Source: Lepidodermella squamata (lineage: Eukaryota; Animalia; Gastrotricha). From it: a DNA stretch of 64,000 nt. The notes under the pieces are model-generated. The model searched no databases, was not told where the DNA came from, and saw nothing but the letters and a program-made list of their open reading frames with translations. Positions 35,217 to 47,777 of this stretch are shown piece by piece. The position numbers were made by a program, and so were the translations under genes. The stretch's first letter is position 1; each line of letters begins with the position of its first letter. The stretch spans positions 1,984,001-2,048,000 of the forward strand of contig JBLDXI010000033.1 in the NCBI GenBank assembly GCA_047495785.1, in the 5' to 3' direction.

Positions 35217-36276
35217 TTAGATGGTAGGCATGGGCGAAAAAAGATCAAGAGGATCTTGGTCTATAGATTTGAAGAAGTCTTCCAACTGATCCGACAAAAG
35301 TAAGTCGTTGCACAAATTCTGTTCCGCTCCGAAGCCTTTAGATGATTGCGAAGTACCCGAGAAAACTTCAGATGATGACAGAAAATTATCCATGTCAAAA
35401 TCGGTATCGATTACAACTGAAGTGCTTTCACCTACATTTTCACACTTATTTGCGAGATTTCCCTCTTGGTTATAAATAGGCTCTACTAAACGATCCATAA
35501 CATCATTCACGCATTTAGTATAAACATGGTCATTCGAAAGCGCCTCTACGGCGGTCTCTCGCAAAAATCCATTACATCCTTCGACATCTGACAAAATGAT
35601 GGTGATTGGGTTCGCCAAACTGAAGCTCGACGGCGATGCGCATTCGAATTTTGCTGGATGATGCGAAGCAGTTTGATTGCCGATTGACGCTGGAATGAAG
35701 CCGTCTTCGAGCTGCAGCTCGGCACTTGAATAAGACTGAGGAGCAGAGTGAGAAACAGGAAACGAGCCCTTCCCTTCTGCAGAGGGCTGGCTAAGAGCGC
35801 GGCAGGCTCAGACTCGCATTCCAAGTTTCCCAGAATCATAGACCTCAGACTTTTGTTTTGCTGGACGAGCTCAGTGCTTTGGGTTTTTAGGCGCATGTTT
35901 TCCTGAATAAGCTGTTCTTTCTCTTCCTCCATCTGTTTAAGGAGCTCCTCAAGCTCTTCCATCCTGTGTGAAAAATAATGGTTATGAAGCATGTCATAAT
36001 CAAACAGTTGAAGTCAGCTAACCTCGCCTTCTTACGATCCCTGGCGGTTTGTGCGGCTATCCTGTTCTTGAGCTTTCTCCGTTCCATCCGATCCTCTGGG
36101 CTGAGTCCAGTCAAGCGTGACCGCTTTGCTGCTGGAGCATCATTGCTGATGATGCTCGAACAAGCTGATGGTGGGCGAGGAAGCGGTTGAACAGTGGCAA
36201 CAATTTTAGGAGGCTCTGGTGCTGCAGCAACTGATGCAACAGCTGGTGCTTGACGCAAGACATATACCTTCACCAT
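35217..36276 (-). CDS. XBP1: X-box binding protein 1 (bZIP); spliced (stop 35217) and unspliced (stop 35546) isoforms
   Basis: bZIP RRKLKNRIAAQTARDRKKAR|MEELE. Unspliced frame has hydrophobic HR2 FLFLTLLLSLI. Spliced frame has DHVYTK and terminal DLFSP, as in XBP1s. Confidence 0.96.
35780..35802 (-). other. IRE1-excised unconventional 23-nt intron of XBP1
   Basis: Two hairpins with 7-nt CNG^CNGN loops: GAGC-CTG^CCGC-GCTC and CCCT-CTG^CAGA-AGGG. Removing 23 nt joins the bZIP frame to the frame of ORF 35217-35618. Confidence 0.95.
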
Positions 36277-36408
36277 CTCAACTTCCGACTTCAAGGAAAG
36301 CAATTCAGATACTTGAAACTTCTGGTCACTTTGCGATGTTCAGAATATTTTTTGTCGATAAATGTCGACGACAAATCGAGATAATTGACAGCGGAAGAGA
36401 CAAGTCTC

Positions 36409-36530
36409 TACGTGTGCATTTTAGATTGGTTGCAGTATGCAGTAACAAGGAATGGATGAATAGTCAGCAAACAAGCAAACTGACACGTAAGAAGCTGACG
36501 TGTCCTGACGCCGTATGTACTGCCACGTCA
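36409..36530 (-). promoter_or_regulatory. Cluster of ACGT-core UPRE/CRE-like sites and a CCAAT box upstream of XBP1
   Basis: CCACGTCA (= UPRE TGACGTGG) at 36523-36530, TGACGTGT at 36496-36503, GACACGTA at 36482-36489, TACGTGT at 36409-36415, ATTGG at 36425-36429. Confidence 0.6.
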
Positions 36531-39263
36531 GCGCTAAGGGCGCCGAACAATCTGGAAAACTACAAATTTCAATTTTAAGATAATTTTGATAATAATTTAC
36601 AGAAAAGTTTCATTATCCAAAAATTTCGCAAAAACAATAATTTCAGATAGTGGCAGGCGAAATTATCAAAAAGGAGGATTTAACGAGGATGACGATCTTG
36701 ACGATCGTGACTGTATTGAAGTTACCAGAAGTTTTCCAGCAGAATATACTCTCACTTATGTTATGGACTCCATTTTTTGTTATCCGGTGTTATGGACCTT
36801 GTCTAGTTGATAGAAAAAGACCACACCTCGATAACATGCGGATAATGCGGATGATGCGGATGGACAGGGCGCATAAGTGTCCCTGGCTCCAGACTTATCA
36901 ATATATATATGATATATATATAACTACGTAGTATCTATATGATAGATGCCTAATAACCTGTAACATGTTGGGAGCAAAAATAAAACTAACTAACTAACAT
37001 CTTCCGCTGGCATTCTGCCAGCATTTCTGCAGACTTCAGATTTTACTGTGTGGGCTGGGTGCATCCATTTTGGGACATCCCTGTTATGGCAGGCAGAATT
37101 AAGTAACATGCATTGATACGGTGTTATATGCTGTAACATAGCACGCTGATTCTCGTGGTGCAATCCGTTTTCATAGCAGAATTACCTGGACAGGTGTGGC
37201 GGCAAAAATCCAGGTGGGCAGGTAGATGCGATCGGATCGCATCAAAAATGGCACCAATCGATTCCCCGTCCATGAAAACCCTAGATTGCGACTGCAAGCT
37301 GCAAAAAAGATGACAGCCGTACTTATCTAGGGTCGGACTGCCGTAGATCAACTTGGTTGGTTCGATCAAATGCTCTTTGACCTTAAACTTACTCTTCGGC
37401 TAGAGTCAATTCGCGATCAAGAGAAATTTGGTACAGAAAAGGCGATGTGACATCGTCGACTGAAAATTTTCAAAATAAGAGTAATAAAATTGGGAAGATT
37501 GAATCGCCTCGTGATGCTTTTGAAATATTTCCAAAAAATCCTAAAAAATCGAATGTAAGGTAGAAAAAGAACCCAGGAAAATTTTACAGCCATTAACATG
37601 TTCATAAAAAGAGCGATTTTGTGTGAGAATCTTGTCGTAGGAATGGGGCATCACGTAACTGAAATCTTTCAGAAATGAAGATGACAGAGCAATCACAAGG
37701 TATAGTACAAATATATAGTTAGCTTTTTTGCCATGTGATCTTGTAGTAAAAATTTCTTCAAAAAATATGGATGACCAGGGTTTTTTAAGCAAACGATTAG
37801 TTGTTACAAACGATTTTTTGGTAGTTACTTTGCTGGAAAAGGAACATTTTTGTGCTGCATTGGTGAAAATTACATGTAATTTGAACCAATAATACGAGCG
37901 AAGCGAGGAAATGTTGATTATTTTCCACTAATAAAGGCTTCGAAACCTCCTAAAAATGAGGATTTCGCTCGAATATTATCACTCGAACAGCGAAAATACT
38001 GTATCGCCATAACGCTCAAGTTCGGTGCTACGACGATAACTTCATTGAATTAAATCTGGACAAACCGTCAAAGGAATTTAATGAATTCGCTAGAGTTTCC
38101 TGAAAATTGGCAAAAAACTGCGCGCATCATTAGGGCAACAATTTATTTTTGAAATTCAACTTGTAGCCCGCTTACCTTAACGGTAACCATTTTCAGTCTG
38201 TATCATGTATCACTCGGCATTTCGACCAGAGGAGGAGCAATCGTTATTGTCACTAACTTGGGCGACCAGTTCGAAACTCTGACATTGAAAAGGTGGCCGC
38301 CAGATTCAGGTAAAAGCTTCCCAAAATGTGAGTATGAAATCAGTCACCAGTCAGAAATTGTTTCGTTTCAATTTAGTCATGACTCAAGTATCAGAAGCTT
38401 CTCCAACTTTTTAGTCGAATTCCCAATCGTAGTCAAGCGATTCTTTAAATCGTCCGAATTGAAAGAACTGGCATTGAAATCATACATTGTAGATAGTTGA
38501 CTTTAAAACCGTTTTTCAGTATCAATCCATCGTAGGTTACATCGTAGGGCGATGCTGATCCAGCGGCATAAATAAAAGAGTTACTTGTTTCAAATATATT
38601 GGCATCTGGCTCGAGGAACGGCTTCTCTACTAGAAAGCCAACGCTGATGCCAACTTGAAACTGCAACGCGCGGCTGGCATTATACCGCAGCTATTCAAAA
38701 ACCTACCTCTTTGGGAATTTCGGGAATTAGCGATACAACAGCTGTGTTCTATCGCAATTCGGATATGGCGTTTAACATCATATAAGATTTTTTATCTTTG
38801 AGGTATTGCTTTGGCATCTTTGGGCCCCGGCGAGATCTGCCAAGTTATCACTGGTCGGTTCCAGCTTCCAGCCCATGTCATTAATAAGGTGTTTTTTCCA
38901 CGCCAGTTCGTGATAGCCACCAATTGATTCTATTAGTTATCATGAAATAAAAGTATCGGGGATTTTTCTTCCGACTCCACTAAAAGGAGCTGCGTTGACA
39001 AAACGGTGATGCTCGATGGAAAATTTAACAATTTTATTGCAATCTCCACTTCAAATCAAACAAAAATCAACTTCAATCATTTGCGAGACTTTTATGATAG
39101 ACTTCATAGCACTGGTATTAAAGATAAAATAATATCAGCGGGAAGACAAAAAAAACAGCGGAATGGCGCAATTCGCCTTTCAGATAGGAATGACTCGCAA
39201 CACCAGCAATAGTGTTATTTAGGCATAGCCTGAGCTCACATATATAGCAAAATATTGTTGCAT

Positions 39264-40573
39264 CTAAAATTGCAAAGTTCTTGGAATTACGTACAGCAGC
39301 GGGTCCGAATAAGCAGCAGATAGGCCGGTAGGAATGACGGCGCCGAAATCAATCATAAGCCAGTCCACCTCAGGATCTAGGTCAGGAAGTTTGCAGTTAT
39401 TTACTAGCAAGTCCATGTCAAGATCTCCAGATGGTCCGCAAATTTTGCTGTTGAATAGGTATTGTTTTTTCTTGGTGCTAGCAGAAGATGTTTCACCGAA
39501 GCCAGAGCAAGCCTAAAAATATATATAGTGAAAACAATTGACATAGGTACCAAATAACGCACCACCACGGACGGTTTCTGAGCTGTTTCCTCGGCAGCCA
39601 ACAAATTACCGAACAAAGAGAAAACGCCTTCGCTGACCGTGTACAAGCGTGATTCAGGGACATAAGAATTTTGCTTGTTTTTGACACGGGCCCAAAGCAT
39701 GAATGCATTGACAAATAAACAATTAGTTGCATCGAAATAAATCATCAAGTCTTTGTTGAAATTAGTGCATTCAAAAAGTCGCCGCACCACATTCACCCAG
39801 GTGCTCGATTGAGAGCTTGGCCCTAAAAATTCAGCACCGAAGTAAAGGTCATTCACGTCAAATTCGTATCGTATTCGGGCGATTTCGACAAGAGCATTGA
39901 TGATTGCCAAGATTCGGTATAGCGCAGATGCATTAAGATCAAACTCAGCATGAAATACGAAACCGGTCACCGGTACATTCACTGCCATGCAGCTAGCCAG
40001 CAGATCACTCGAAGAGTTCAGTACAGAAAGCAGCGACTCCTCACTCGTAAACGTGACAGATATCACAGCATGGGCTGATTCAAGCTGTGCAATGCGATTG
40101 AGCTGCTCAAGCGAATCGATGGGGAAAGAATGCAGCCCTTTAGCGGCAGCACTGACAAGAAAAGATGCCGTGCGGTCGGAACTCAAAATGCTTTGTCGCG
40201 AGGCAGGCAAAGATACTGAGTTAAGGAATGCGACATCCTCCTTTAATAAGCATAATTAATAAGACTATTTTTTCGGCAAGAAACATCAAACCATATTTTC
40301 TACAATGAATCCGGATCCAAGTCCTTCCAAAACGTGATACAGAAGAGACGATCGAGGGACCACATTGGCTGCACATAGAAATTTCCCGAAAGGCAAATTA
40401 TCAGAAAGGTGATTGTAACGTTTGACAATATTGTTCACATCAGCGACAAGAACAGCATCATCTGACGCCTGAATATTCGAAACTTCAAAGACTGAATAAT
40501 AAAACAAATGATTGCTCACGTTATCTAAAGCGCGAGAGATAGATGAAAAATCATTGCCATGTTGCGCTAACAT
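39264..40573 (-). CDS. Catalytically inactive ornithine decarboxylase homolog (antizyme-inhibitor-like), 4 coding exons
   Basis: DAVLVADVNNIVKRY..LP resembles ODC DAFYVADLGDILKKH..LP. PFYAVKCN is replaced by KFLCAANVV (PLP Lys lost). YTVSEGVFSLF resembles YYVNDGVYGSF. SKICGPSGDLD vs SSIWGPTCDGLD shows the catalytic Cys lost. DWLMIDFGA follows. Confidence 0.85.
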
Positions 40574-40693
40574 TGGCTTAGAGCGTAACAGATTCGAGAC
40601 CTGTGATCGATCCGAAAAGAAAATCAATATTTAGAAATATTAGATAGATGTGATCAAATTTACCTTCAGCTAACAGAAGCCCAATACAAATCG

Positions 40694-40789
40694 CTACCAC
40701 ACTGGATAGAAACCAGCGTGGAGTCCTTCAATGTAGCGAGAGTTGAGTATCACAACGGAATAAGTGCAAAATATCCAACAATAATTAAT
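40694..40789 (-). promoter_or_regulatory. Putative non-AUG (ATT-initiated) uORF of uCC type in the ODC-homolog leader
   Basis: The leader exon (40664-40798) has an AUG-less open frame INYCWIFCTYSVVILNSRYIEGLHAGFYPVW*. Its EGL and terminal P-x-W resemble the AZIN1/ODC uCC (YPEGL...EPPW). Confidence 0.55.
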
Positions 40790-42693
40790 GTTAACGTTCT
40801 ATTGAACAATTATTTGCGATTATCATAAAACAGAATAAGTGCTTACCCAGCAAGCTATAATGAGATGAAAATACCTTGCTACTCATCGAGCAATGTGAGC
40901 GGCCGCAACTACATGAATGACACAATGAACTACAAAGCTCCCTTTTAGCTTTTAGCCTAAAGCCAATCTCATTTCTATAACCACAGACCACAGGATAACA
41001 AAGTCAAACATCAAACACAACAGTATTCCATAAATCTCATATTCCATATGATATAAGTTGCTAGAAAATCCGAGAATGGCCAGTTCCTCGATAGAAGCAA
41101 ATTATCGACAAATTCATGATCTTGTAACTTGTACCTATACTGGGCACTGGGCAGAGGGACGCCCGGGCGTCGGGCGTTAAGGAGAATTCATTAATGACAC
41201 GGATTTTGTCAATAACACATTGTTGGCGTATAAACACATCAATGTTCTGTGTCATTGTAACTAGTTACTGTAACTAACCTGGTAATTATTTCAACAACTG
41301 ATGGTCGCAGTGGATAAGTCGTTTATGACATAAAAAAATTATCAGGCATGTGTATCACCCAATGTAGCAACCAGCTTATTACATACATCTATCACTGAAT
41401 ACTAACGCCGCAGCACTAACCGCAGCACTAACAGCCAGTTGGCACCTGATCAAGCTGTCTCTGGCACACTAACGTTCATAATTGTCGCGAAGGATCAAAA
41501 GCTGTCTACATCTGTTTTTTTCCCTGTAGAGAGTGTCTAACATCCAAGATTTTTGGACTCAGGTGGATCCCTTTCGAATAGGTCGATTTGTAGACGCTGT
41601 GAACGTTCCGTTGGCTTACTTGGGTAACGAAAAATCGGACTTCGCGATGAGAACCAAATGAAATGAAAAGCGGGAAAAACAGAGTGTCAAGGTCAAAACT
41701 TAATACTCAGGATTTTTTAAATTCTAGAAATATAATTTTGCTTTCCAAATGGCCAGTGCCATTCTAGAATAAAATTGTCGAAATATTTGTTTTTACCATA
41801 TTTAGTATCCTGCTACTAAATAACGATGTGTTATTCTGCAGTGCATAACAAATTTATTATAAAATTAAAATTTGGCGATAAAAACGCTGAAACAATATTT
41901 TATGTCAAGGATATCTGACTCATCATTTTGCCGCCATATCACCTTTTCAGTGCTCCCCGGCAAATGGCAAATAAGCGGTGAATCGATCGATTAAAGCTGG
42001 TTGCTACGCTTGGGCTATATGCTTATCTAGTCCGTTAGGGTTGGATTTACGTTATTGTTTTGACAACCAACTTCGCCCTATATAAATACTTTGAGAGAAT
42101 ATGTCGCCGTTTTGGTATTTTTGATCAGAAAATGGGCGCGATTGTCATCTCAGTAGTATTTATTACTGTTGATCTGTGTTAATAACAAACGCCGCTTCAC
42201 CCAGGCTTCCACTCTAAAAGCGTGTTTTTGGCTGATGTATTGCAGTTTCAATCGTCACGATTGAAATAGGAAATTTTTGCATTATCGAATCGTGCCTGAC
42301 AGTGCCCTTCTCGATGTTTAGAGACGAGAGGCTCGAAACGTGTAATTTTAGGTTTTGAACTTTGTACTTTCCGTTACCCTCTAATTCCTGATTTTTCTAG
42401 ACTTGGATTTTCTGTAATTGCATAGGCTTCCTAGGATGTTTATATTTATAATATGTTGTTTATTGCAATGCATCTTTAGCATTTATATTCGCTTTCCGTG
42501 ATAATGGACTGCCCTTTTAGAATGACTTCGTAGAATTATTGCCTTCGACATGTTACAATGTGTTTGCTAATTTCTGGATTTTAGACTCATGAACTTTTAC
42601 CAGTTGAGATATGAGTCCTCTCGACGGCAGTGAACTTTCAGATCGTCGAGCGCTTCGCAATCCATCTAGTTGCACGCACACAAACTGGTCAAC

Positions 42694-44877
42694 ATGTCGA
42701 CTTTCCTTGATGTGTTGGATATCATTGCAACCGCCTTATCAATAGCTGCCTTCGGTGGATGGTGGCTTCAATGGACGATACATGTCACATCAATTTTTAT
42801 AGCGTAAGAATCCGCGTACGATTCAGATTACGGCTGCATTTTAACCAATTGCTTATATTTTAGAAGATGTAGGCTGCACCGGCGTCCTGTCATTCCTCCA
42901 TCCGATGATCCCTTACCCGGCATCTCCATTATTAAACCGTTAGTTGGTGTTGACTCGAATTTATACTCGAATTTGGAAACCTATTTCACGTTACAATATC
43001 CCGGGGAGGTAAGATCATTCTAAGTTCATTTCCATGGAAACGTGACAATAAATTATGTTCGATAGTACGAGATATTATTCTGCTTTCATGATGCGTCGGA
43101 CTCTGCTATGATGGTGGCGAAATCGCTGATGGCAAAATACAGCCATGTAAATGTTCGGACATTTGTTGGTAGGTGGTGAATTTCGCTGATATCATGCCGT
43201 TTGCTAACTTGCTTTAATATTCTTGTAAATAGGCGGATCTCGCGTTGGTGTCAATCCGAAGGTTAACAACATGGCAGAGGCTATGCAACACGCTAAATTC
43301 GATTTGCTATACATCGCTGATAGTGGATTGAGAGCCGAGCCTGATACTTTACAAGACCTAGTTTTGGCAATGCGTCCTGGTGTCGGAATGGTTCATCAAT
43401 TTCCCTATGTTGTCGATCGAGATCCTCCAGACTTTTCCAATACTTATCATAAGGTTAGTTAATCAACCCACGCATCTTTGACTTATTAGTAGGCTGTTTA
43501 CGCAGCTGATTTTAGGCTATTATTGCTTATGAACACCTGCTATTGTCTCGTCCTCCTAACTAGTAGTTCATATTTAGTAATTCGAGAAATTCTACTCAGA
43601 CAAAAGTGGCTCTGCTAATTTCCAAGCTTTATTGATTGATACTCTAGGGACGCCGGTTTAGAGGGAGATGATATTATGTTTCACTGGGCTATAATGTATT
43701 TCGTCGGATATCCGATAGCCGCTGTTAAAATTGCCTAAAGAATTTATCGATACTCATTTGATAGTAATCGATATATAATGATAATTACGCACATTTCAGG
43801 TTTTTTTCGGCACCCATCATGCGAAGATGTACCTGTTCATCAACTGGCTCGGGATCAACTGTACAACAGGCATGTCATCCATGATCCGGCGACAAATTGT
43901 GGAGCGAGCGGGTGGCCCGTCTCATTTTGCTCGCTACTTGGCAGAAGATTACTTCCTTGCAAAAGCGACGCTCGATCAAGGCTGGAAGATAGCTCTGACT
44001 TCAAACGTTGCCGTGCAGGCCTCCGGCGATGCGACTGTCCGCGCCCTGCAGCATCGGTTAATGCGATGGGTCAAGCTCAGAATCGCCATGGTTCCTCTGA
44101 CTATAATTTTCGAGCCTATTGCCGAGTGTTTCGTATGCGGACTGGTGGTTTCATTAGCCGTGTGTTATTTGTCCAACTGGAGCCCTCTGCTCTTCTTTCT
44201 GATGCACTGCGTTATATGGTTTCTTCTCGATTACATTCTTCTGTCATCCGTGAATCGGACACCACTTCCTTTTTCACGGTTAGACTATTTAATCTGCTGG
44301 ATTTATAAAGAGGTAAATTGTCCTACTTTTCACATTGAAGAACATGACTTTATTTATGCATTTTCAGGCCATGACCTTTCCATTATTCGCCCGCGCTGTT
44401 CTAAACCCGGTGGTCTCATGGCGCGGGTCTGATTACATAATCCGTTGGGGAGGAGTGGTTGAAGAAATAAAGAAGTCGAGCCCTTCTTCTTCACAGTCGT
44501 CGTCAGGCCTTGTTTCTCCAGCCTCGTCGACATCGTCGCTACTGCAACGTGTCATTGCTATGCCTCCGCTCAACGTGTCAAATGCGAATGCCAACGGCAG
44601 CCTAGTGAAGAGCTGCAGCTCATCAGCAGTCAACAACGACGCTCCGGAAAGGGGTGTTGCAACGGAACAAACACAACAAGTCGAAACATTGTCTACAGCT
44701 CCGTTATTACACTCAACTTTTCTCATCACATCATCCGCATCGGCCCCGCCCTCCCCTTCAGCATTATTACCATTGCAGCAACATCAAGCCCCACTGTCTA
44801 CTCAGCAGCATCAGTTTTTAATGAAATCCAACAGTAATGAAAGCAAACCGTTGCTGGGTGGCGTCTATTCCATTTAG
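42694..44877 (+). CDS. UGCG: Ceramide glucosyltransferase, multi-exon
   Basis: N-terminal TM; LPGISIIKPLVGVDSNLYSNLETYF, VGVNPKVNNM, IADSG, CTTGMS, YLAEDYF, RLMRWVKLR and EPIAECF are all UGCG signatures. Confidence 0.95.
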
Positions 44878-47777
44878 AACAAACCCGATAGGTAGCTAAT
44901 ATCCCCAACTCTGCTCTATCAGCTAGTCTTATATCTAGATTCACCCTGCTCCGATTCGATTTTCCACTGAATATTAAGCTGTACTACCTACTGTTTGATC
45001 CTTATCTAATCAACGTTCTCAACTTGCCACTCGCTTTTCGCCCCTATGAAGCGTTCTCGTTGCACCAAGTTCTGAGAAAATGAGGCTTGCTGAATACGGG
45101 CGCTAGAATTGGTCGAACTGCAAGGTCGTGTTATCAATTTCGGAATGTGAAAAAGCAAATGCATAAGTTGCTCACAAAGTCTTTCCATGATATTACTACG
45201 ATTATGTTGAAAATTTAGCTCGTGTTATGTTTCCCATGTATACTTACATAATATTTCTTGGTAGTTATATTGAAGATCCAAAACTGCAACAAACAAACCG
45301 TTGTTTGCTTGTTTGATTATCAGGCTTTCATCATAATATAAATATTGTTAGCTTACGAATCGTCTGACGAGCGCGCAGTCTTGGAAACGCCGCGCGCGTG
45401 TCTGAAAAAGCGTCTATGACCGGCTCGGCGGACTTTGCTACGCAAACTGACTGATATACTCGGATGAAATTTTAGTCGAGCTGCGAGACGCCTAGGTGAC
45501 GACACGCCGCGATGAATTTTAATTCAAAAACTCGTGCCTGAAAGCGGCTTTTGTTTTATTTACTAAGGACTGAAATCCTTGAACGCGCGGACTTGTTACG
45601 AACATGAATTTCAATTTTTATGGAGTCCTGTATCAGTAACTCATCTTTGTACACGTCGAGCAAATTGCCGTTGCCAAAGTGATCAAATAATTACGAGAGC
45701 ATTTTGTTTTTTTGTAACAAGTCAGCCCTGTTTGAAAATCCTCACTGTGTTTTTTCGTCTATCATTATTGCGATGAAATATAATGATTGGAGAATTGTTG
45801 CTCGCTGTTTTAGCGCATTATTCTTTTCGTTTCCGTTGCTACTTATTGCAAGAAAAAGATAATTAAACAGAATCGTTACGCAAGCTGATTGTTCGCCTAG
45901 GCGCTTACTCTTTCTAAAACAAGAATCTATGCTCGCTTCGCTCTTGGCGTATTAAAAACGCTTATCTCTGTGAATGGCGTATAAATTGAATGCCTGCTCT
46001 CATGCGACATCATAATATTATATGAAATTTTTAGACGTTTTTCTCACAACATGTAATTGAATCTTACTGTGTCTACACACGGAGGAGATAATGATGAAGC
46101 TCGATGTATTATATTTATATTTGGAGATAATCTATATATTTGTGCTTCTTTCTCTTCGTCATCTTCTTATAACGTTTATGTTAAAATTGAGCGATTGAGC
46201 GATGGAAGTTGCCCCGGCTTCGTTGTTTAGGTTAAAGTGTAAATGTTGATAATGCTTGAGCAAATAAATGAAAGATTTGGAATCACAATTTTTTGTATTC
46301 TTCAAGCGGAAACAGCAGGTTTATTGAATTGATATCCATAATGAATGCTGGACGACACGCGTTCAAATACTGTCTGAGCCGAAGGTGATTCTGAAACTGA
46401 AAGCTCATTAAAAAACGCGTATAACAACGTCGCAATTTTTCGTCTAATTCGATGCATGATGATCTAGCAGCACCAACAGCTGCTGCTCACAGCTAGGTAG
46501 AGCTCGCCAACTTTCACGCGAAATTATTTATGAACGTCATTGCTGTTCGTATCTAGAAGCGCACAGCATCACGCCTGCTGTAAGCGTCGATGCGGCGCAC
46601 GGTTGCACAGCTAATTACAAATTCATTCCAGCCTAATCTCATTCAACAATACGAATCGATGAAACCGAAAACATTGCCATGGAGAAAATCGACGTAACTA
46701 GCAAACCGCGGCAAAAAATTACCACAAACAATGACGCACAAGCCTACACGTAGTGAATCAACCTATGCTGAAATGTTGTGGTTCAATAATGCGTGACCTG
46801 ACAGGTGTAGACATTGTAGACGCAAGCTGTTGGTATTCGGCGTGGTCGATGATGTTTATGAGTTTTTTGCCGTTATTCACGTGTAAGAGTATTCAATGAG
46901 CATTGAAAATACTGAATGTCTTATTACGCACGCAATCGAATGAGACCACTGCCGGCAAGCATGAGTGTTGAAATGGCTATGCACTACAATGACACTGATG
47001 AAAAGTTGCGCTCACCTCAAAACTCATCGCGTTGTCCAGGGCTTCATAGGCAGTTCTTATACATTGGTGCTTGCAACTAACGCGAAGCATTCATGTTTAA
47101 TTCAAGGACATTAGGTGGGCAAGAAGGCGCAAATGCCCGTGGTAGGTACGTCAGCAGCCTCGCTATAAGCTCTCGGACGGAATGGATCCAGCGGTGATAT
47201 TCACAGCCATTCAATCATAACGGAGCACCGCTGAGATATTTAGTACGCGAGTTATATTTCGTCTCTGCGCGCAGTGCTCGAATCTTTTCACAGATTGACT
47301 CTATATTATAAAATACAGTTCGTCGCCTTGCAACTGGAACTGTAATTAATAGCTTTGAGAGAGAAACACACGGAGATTTCTAAAAGCTCCGAGTGCGCAA
47401 TGTAGCATTGATACTATCAGAGGAGACTGAAAGCTAAAACGAAAGTAATGGAGACGGTCAAATTGCAGCGCTGACTCGGGCGTTGGCTATATCGTTCCGT
47501 AAAATCGATCTAATGATGATGAGACAACATAGAAATTTCTTTAAATGATCGGCAATTCTTCCATTTATTCATATTTTTCTGCACAGGCAACAATTGTATA
47601 CCTAGGTATCCTATAATGAAATGGCTAATAAAGGAGAAATTTCGAAGTTTGGAATATTGGAGTACCAAAGGTAGTTTGAATAAATTATCTAAAGTCAAAC
47701 TTTGCCAGTTTGTCATGAGCTTTCAGCCAAATGCATTACACCGAAGATCTTCATGAACAAAGTCATCCAAGTCGAAA

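Noticed and set aside
37100-38900. Degenerate transposon or gene fragments between XBP1 and the ODC homolog
   Set aside because: Short ORFs without diagnostic motifs; no TIR or TSD found.
37896-45943. 12-mer GAGCGAAGCGAG at 37896 (+) and 45932 (-) as ends of a large element
   Set aside because: The match is too short, flanks do not extend, and the interval holds ordinary host genes.
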